DNA of 29,094 nt, taken from an uncultured Burkholderiales bacterium (GTDB lineage Bacteria; Pseudomonadota; Gammaproteobacteria; Burkholderiales; Usitatibacteraceae). The position numbers and the translations under genes are program-made. The notes below the pieces were generated by a model, which ran no database searches, had not been told where the DNA came from, and saw nothing but the letters and a program-made list of their open reading frames with translations. Shown piece after piece: positions 24,563-29,094 of the stretch (within the stretch, counting starts at the first letter, position 1; every line of letters starts with the position of its first letter). The DNA is taken from positions 1 through 29,094 of the forward strand of contig CAZCKI010000001.1 in NCBI GenBank assembly GCA_964498815.1, in the 5' to 3' direction.

Positions 24563-27500
24563 GTGAATAGTTACCTAGCCAACTTCCGCCACGCCATCGC
24601 CGTAATCTGCGCGATGGCGTTTTCATTTGTGGCAGGTGCAATGCCAACCTCCGGCAACGTCACCAAAGTCACCGACGCGCTCGGCGGCGTCACGACCTAT
24701 AGCTACGATAGCCAGGGCAACGAACTCTCCAAGACCGACGCCAACGGCAACACCGTCAACCGCGTGATCGATCTCAACACCGGCAAGGTGTTCACCGAGA
24801 CCGATGCGCTCAACCACAGCACCAGCAACGCCTACAACACGGTGCCCGGCGCCAACGGCCCCAGCCCCAATACGCTGAAGACCCTGACCGACGCCAACGG
24901 CAACGTAACCACCTTCGGCTACGACCCCAACGACAACCCCACCAGCATCACCGACGCCAACGGCAAAGTGACCGGCATGCAGTGGAACGGCGGCAACCTC
25001 ACCCAGCTCAAAGACGCCCTCGGCAACGCCACCCAGTACGTCTACGACAGCAAAGGCCGCCGCACCAAGGAGACCGACGCCACGGGAGCCGTCACCCAAT
25101 ACGGCTTCGATGCCAACGGCAACCAGACCAGCACCACCAGAACCCGTACGGTCAATGGCCAGGTAGTAGCGATGAGCACCAGCCGCACCCTCGACGGAGA
25201 CGGCAATGCGCTCACCGAAACCGACGCCCTCGGCAACGTAACGCAGACGAGCTACACGCCGCTGAAGAAGGTCGACACCAGCACCGACGCCAAGGGCCGC
25301 ATCACCCGCTACGGCTACGACAACCGCGGCTACCAGACCAGCGTAACGCTGCCCGACGGCACCAGCGAGCAGACCGCCTTCGACGCCAACGGTAACGAGA
25401 CCATCCACATCGACGCGGCAGGACGCAGCACCGTCACCACCTTCGATGCGCTCAACCGCCCAACCCAGGTCACCAACCCCGACGGCAGCTTCACCCAGAG
25501 CCAATACGACGCCGGCGGCCGCCTCACCCAAACGACCGACGAGCGCGGCAATACCAGCAGCTTCGAATACGACGCCGCCGGCCGCCGCACCAAGATCACC
25601 GACGCGCTGGGCAATATCACCCTCTCGGCGTATGACGCCAACGGCAACCTGACCCAGATCACCGACCCGGCCGGCAACGTCACCACCTACACCTATGACG
25701 CCACCAACCGCCGCACCAAGACCACCTTCGCCGCGGTCAACGGGGTTACCAGCAGCGTCACCACCGGCTACGACGCGGCAGGCCGCAAGGTAAGCGACAC
25801 CGACGAAGCCGGCAACGTTACCCAATACGGCTACGACGGCGTCGGCCGCCTCACCAAGGTCACCGACGCAATGGGCGGCATCACCCAATACGGCTACGAC
25901 GAGGCCGGCAACAAAATCTCCCAAACCGACGCCCTGGGCCACATTACCCGGTGGGATTACGACCACCTCGGCCGGGTGACCAAGCGCACGCTGCCCGAAG
26001 GCATGGCGGAAAGCTTCACCTTTGACGCCGCCGGCAATGTGGCGAGCCACACCGATTTCAACGGCGCCGTGATGAGCTATACCTACGACGCCAATAACCG
26101 CCTGCAAAAGCGCACCGACCCCATCATCGGCACCAGCGCCACCACCGACACCGTCTACACCTACACCCTGACCGGGCAAGTCGCGACTGTCACCGACCAG
26201 AACGGCCAGATCGGCTACACCTATGATCAAAGAGACCGCCTCACCAAAGTGCAGAACCCGGATGGTTCGCAGCTGAGCTACACCTACGACCCGGCCGGCA
26301 ACCGCGCCACCATCACCAGCCAAACCGGCGCCGAGGCGTCGCGCACCACCGGCTACAGCTACGACAACCTAAACCGCCTCGCCACACTGACCGACCCCAA
26401 TGGCAAGCAGACCACCTATGCCTACGACGCGGTCGGCAACCTGAAGAGCACCACGCTGCCCAACGGTATCCGCACCGACAACTTCTTCGATGCGAGAAAC
26501 CGCCTGACGGGCATCGAACACCGCCGCGTGGCCGACAACGTGCAGTTGGGCAGCATTACTTACACCCTCAGCGCCAACGGACTGCGTGCGCAGGTTTCGG
26601 AGAACTTCGCCGCCAACGGCGCAGCCGGTGCAGGAGCCACGCCGACCCGAACGATCAGCTACCAATACGATGCCCTCAAGCGCCTCGTCCAGGAAACGCA
26701 GACCAACGGCACCAGGAGCATCCATTACATGCTCGATGCGGTGGGTAACCGGGTTGCGGCGGATGGGCAACTGGCCGGTACGTCAGTGTTTGACAGGAAC
26801 GACCGGATCCAGAGTGTCAGCCAGCCGAATCAGAGCCAGACCTTTGGCTATGACTTGAATGGGAATACGACGCGGGTGCAGACCACGGCAACTGGTGCGA
26901 CAGCGCCGACGACGGCTGACCTAAGCTGGGATGCGAATGGGCGTCTGATCGGGCAAAACCTTACTGCACCCGGCAGCACGCCAATTGCCAGCCGCTTTAC
27001 GTATGACGCGGATGGGATTCGTATCGCTGCGACGAGAGGCACTACGCCGACCATCACCAATGCCACGAACTACGTCTACGACAAGAACCGTGCCTATGCG
27101 CAGGTGCTGGAGGAGCGGGATGGGGCGGGGAGTTTGGTGGTCAGCTATGTCTACTCGGATGCAGGGCCTATCAGTCAGACTCGGAATGTTGGGACGATCG
27201 CAAATCCGGTTTGGGCGACTAGTTATTTCCTGGCGGATGGGTTGGGGAGTGTGCGTCTCATCGCCGATGCGAACGGGGCCGTATCCGACTCGTTTGATTA
27301 TGGGGCGTATGGGGAGTTGTTGTCGCAGGGCAGCGCGGGGGCAGCTACGGCGAACTCTGTGTTGTTTGCTGGGGAGCAATACGACCCAACGCTCGGTCTT
27401 TATTACAACCGGGCGCGATATTTGAATGTGGGGGTGGGGCGCTTCGCCGCGATGGACTCGTTTGCGGGCAATTTATATCGCACAAGCAGCTTAAACAAAT

Positions 27501-28201
27501 ATGGATATGCTGAAGTAAACCCGATCAGCAGGACTGATCCCAGCGGACGCTATTCGCTTGCAGAACTTGGTGAGAGTATAGATGTGCAAGGAGCTTTGAC
27601 AAACTTTGCGAAAGATCAGGCTTCCAGCTATTTTCGCAGCAAGATTTTTGGTGAGGACGACCGGGTAGATGGAACCCCAAGCTTGTATGAAATGTTGCTT
27701 GGAATGCTTATTAAGAATGTTGCCGGCTCTTTCTCTACACCTAACGGGTTGAATCCGCCAGTCGGGCTGGTTTCACTAGCTGCAGTTGGTGGTGGGAAAA
27801 CGCAAGGGCATCACGTCATTCCTGAATATATGTGCGGAGCGTCAAAACAAATTGACCTTGTAGACTTGCCAACAAGCCAGCACTCCTTACTGCACAATCA
27901 GTTGTACGCATTTAAAACGGCCGTTACGTTAGGTTCAACCATCTATAGACTGACGTTTAGAAAGAAAATAAGCCCAGAATCGCTTGCCCCAATTGCTGAA
28001 GTTGCCAGGACGCACCAAGGCCGCCTCGCAATTGGCATCGGTTTGGCAGCTTTCTATAGCGAATTCGGGTTCGGTGGCGCTTCTTGGATGGAACTAGGCA
28101 TCGGTCAGAAAACAAAAGCGCCGCTTGGGGTGGTGCTCGGCTTCGAAGCAATCGAGTTTGCTGGAAATAATCATAGTTATCCAACTTGTAAGAAACAATA
28201 A
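24563..28201 (+). CDS. Second, N-terminally truncated Rhs module (orphan-type) with an HNH/His-Me-finger-like nuclease tip
   Basis: 28 unique codons, then the duplicated YD core, a diverged core end with NPISRTDPSG (27536-27547), and a 217-aa tip containing GHHVIPEYMCG...LVDLPTSQHSLLH. The start codon is uncertain (GTG 24563 has no SD). Confidence 0.8.
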   Translation: MNSYLANFRHAIAVICAMAFSFVAGAMPTSGNVTKVTDALGGVTTYSYDSQGNELSKTDANGNTVNRVIDLNTGKVFTETDALNHSTSNAYNTVPGANGPSPNTLKTLTDANGNVTTFGYDPNDNPTSITDANGKVTGMQWNGGNLTQLKDALGNATQYVYDSKGRRTKETDATGAVTQYGFDANGNQTSTTRTRTVNGQVVAMSTSRTLDGDGNALTETDALGNVTQTSYTPLKKVDTSTDAKGRITRYGYDNRGYQTSVTLPDGTSEQTAFDANGNETIHIDAAGRSTVTTFDALNRPTQVTNPDGSFTQSQYDAGGRLTQTTDERGNTSSFEYDAAGRRTKITDALGNITLSAYDANGNLTQITDPAGNVTTYTYDATNRRTKTTFAAVNGVTSSVTTGYDAAGRKVSDTDEAGNVTQYGYDGVGRLTKVTDAMGGITQYGYDEAGNKISQTDALGHITRWDYDHLGRVTKRTLPEGMAESFTFDAAGNVASHTDFNGAVMSYTYDANNRLQKRTDPIIGTSATTDTVYTYTLTGQVATVTDQNGQIGYTYDQRDRLTKVQNPDGSQLSYTYDPAGNRATITSQTGAEASRTTGYSYDNLNRLATLTDPNGKQTTYAYDAVGNLKSTTLPNGIRTDNFFDARNRLTGIEHRRVADNVQLGSITYTLSANGLRAQVSENFAANGAAGAGATPTRTISYQYDALKRLVQETQTNGTRSIHYMLDAVGNRVAADGQLAGTSVFDRNDRIQSVSQPNQSQTFGYDLNGNTTRVQTTATGATAPTTADLSWDANGRLIGQNLTAPGSTPIASRFTYDADGIRIAATRGTTPTITNATNYVYDKNRAYAQVLEERDGAGSLVVSYVYSDAGPISQTRNVGTIANPVWATSYFLADGLGSVRLIADANGAVSDSFDYGAYGELLSQGSAGAATANSVLFAGEQYDPTLGLYYNRARYLNVGVGRFAAMDSFAGNLYRTSSLNKYGYAEVNPISRTDPSGRYSLAELGESIDVQGALTNFAKDQASSYFRSKIFGEDDRVDGTPSLYEMLLGMLIKNVAGSFSTPNGLNPPVGLVSLAAVGGGKTQGHHVIPEYMCGASKQIDLVDLPTSQHSLLHNQLYAFKTAVTLGSTIYRLTFRKKISPESLAPIAEVARTHQGRLAIGIGLAAFYSEFGFGGASWMELGIGQKTKAPLGVVLGFEAIEFAGNNHSYPTCKKQ
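24667..27196 (+). repeat. Rhs core repeat, copy 2
   Basis: Matches 19463-21992 at +5204. Homology with 3 mismatches extends back to 24647/19443 and continues, diverged, to 27547/22343. Confidence 0.9.
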
Positions 28202-28206
28202 AGAAA

Positions 28207-28569
28207 ATGAAAATAATCCCGCGATCGAAATTGCCAAAGCGACACTATACTTTGGCTGCAGAATGCCGCCTCGACTTTGAAAACATGTTGGAGCGACTCA
28301 ATGTTAAGCCGACTCGAGGAACGTTTCGCGACGAATTAATATTTCCTAATAGATATAGATTTGTTTGCCTTCAGCTAGCAACGGGGCGGTTTGGCACACT
28401 CACGCAGACCGAAATGGACCCATCAACTGTTGAGATTGGCCTTGAAATTAAAGGGAGCGAATTCTTTTACGAAGCTGATTTGCTCGAGGTTCAAGATTCC
28501 ATTGGAATTGAGGGCGCGAGTGTTGTGAGAATGGAAGGAGACTTTAAATGGATACCGGCAAAAAAATAG
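28207..28569 (+). CDS. Putative cognate immunity protein for the HNH-type tip
   Basis: Small 120-aa ORF 5 nt after the Rhs-2 stop, with the same low-GC composition. This is the canonical toxin-immunity arrangement. Confidence 0.7.
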   Translation: MKIIPRSKLPKRHYTLAAECRLDFENMLERLNVKPTRGTFRDELIFPNRYRFVCLQLATGRFGTLTQTEMDPSTVEIGLEIKGSEFFYEADLLEVQDSIGIEGASVVRMEGDFKWIPAKK

Positions 28570-28727
28570 ATGGCACATAGTGGTGTGATCTTGCTTTCTT
28601 CTGGAAAAAAATGAATTAAAGGGCCAGGCTGAATTGTTTCCCCGGTACGTGTCATATCTGATGGCAATTCTCCGCAACTCCTTATTCCTAAACTGCCCCG
28701 TCCAGATGTCCAACGAGCATTCCCCAT

Positions 28728-28961
28728 GCGCTCAACCGCCTGAAGACGCTTGCCTACTCCGACGAAAACCTAAGCTTCACCTACGGCGAAGACCCCGCCG
28801 CCCCCGCCACCAGCACCAACAGCCGAGGCCGCCTCGCCAAGGTCAGCGACGCCAGCGGCAACACCGTCTACGCCTACGACCCGCAGGGCCGCGCCGCGAG
28901 CAAGACGCAGACGGTCACGCTATCCGGCGGCAGCGGGCACCATAGAGGGCACTCGATATGA
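28728..28961 (+). pseudogene. YD-repeat (Rhs) fragment without a start codon
   Basis: Frame not in the ORF track: ALNRLKTLAYSDENLSFTYGEDPAAPATSTNSRGRLAKVSDASGNTVYAYDPQGRAASKTQTVTL...*. It is a GC-rich island in AT-rich DNA, bounded by in-frame stops at 28689 and 28959. Confidence 0.7.
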
Positions 28962-29094
28962 CGTTGGTGCGCCTGGCGGCTGGGGAAATCTGCTGAAGCA
29001 ACTTTGTAGAGGAAATATCTGAGAATAAATGGGGTCAGACTGATCTTGCCCACGCTTGATGGACGCCCTAACGGGGGGATACTTACCCTGTTAG

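Noticed and set aside
28634-28945. 103-aa plus-strand ORF in the track
   Set aside because: Out-of-frame read of the YD relic (Arg/Pro/Gln-rich). The meaningful frame is the start-less one at 28728-28961.
29027-29045. AATGGGGTCAGA motif resembling REP-like ends seen near transposases
   Set aside because: Single copy with no inverted partner or transposase in the window, so it cannot be supported.
4526-29094. Calling the adhesin-Rhs block an integrative genomic island
   Set aside because: It is adjacent to a tRNA with an att-like duplication, but there is no integrase or distal att in the window and the giant genes share the host-like high-GC codon style. Left as an open possibility only.

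Overview
GC-rich window, probably betaproteobacterial (inference), with two unrelated blocks separated by tRNA-Ser(TGA). (1) 1-4273: a porin-cytochrome extracellular electron transfer cluster: MtoD-like monoheme fragment, NapC/NirT tetraheme, MtrA/MtoA decaheme and MtrB/MtoB beta-barrel. No MtrC-type gene lies in the window, so it resembles Fe(II)-oxidiser Mto clusters. (2) 5117-28961: a polymorphic toxin locus behind a canonical-looking class II CRP-type promoter. A 3323-aa signal-peptide protein (QW-repeat alpha/alpha toroid, 4 carboxypeptidase-regulatory-like domains, CARDB, Bap1/RbmC-like Ca-binding propeller, 10 x ~98-aa repeats, choice-of-anchor A) precedes a ~2600-aa signal-peptide Rhs/YD toxin with a Cys-less transglutaminase-like domain. 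Downstream are an immunity candidate, an unknown ORF, a second Rhs module sharing ~2.5 kb of apparently identical core but with an HNH-type tip and its own immunity gene, and a YD relic. No T6SS, CDI, T7SS or T9SS delivery signal is visible. The best novelty candidate is a Sec-exported, possibly matrix-anchored, switchable Rhs system. All domain calls are by-eye motif recognition, not database searches.
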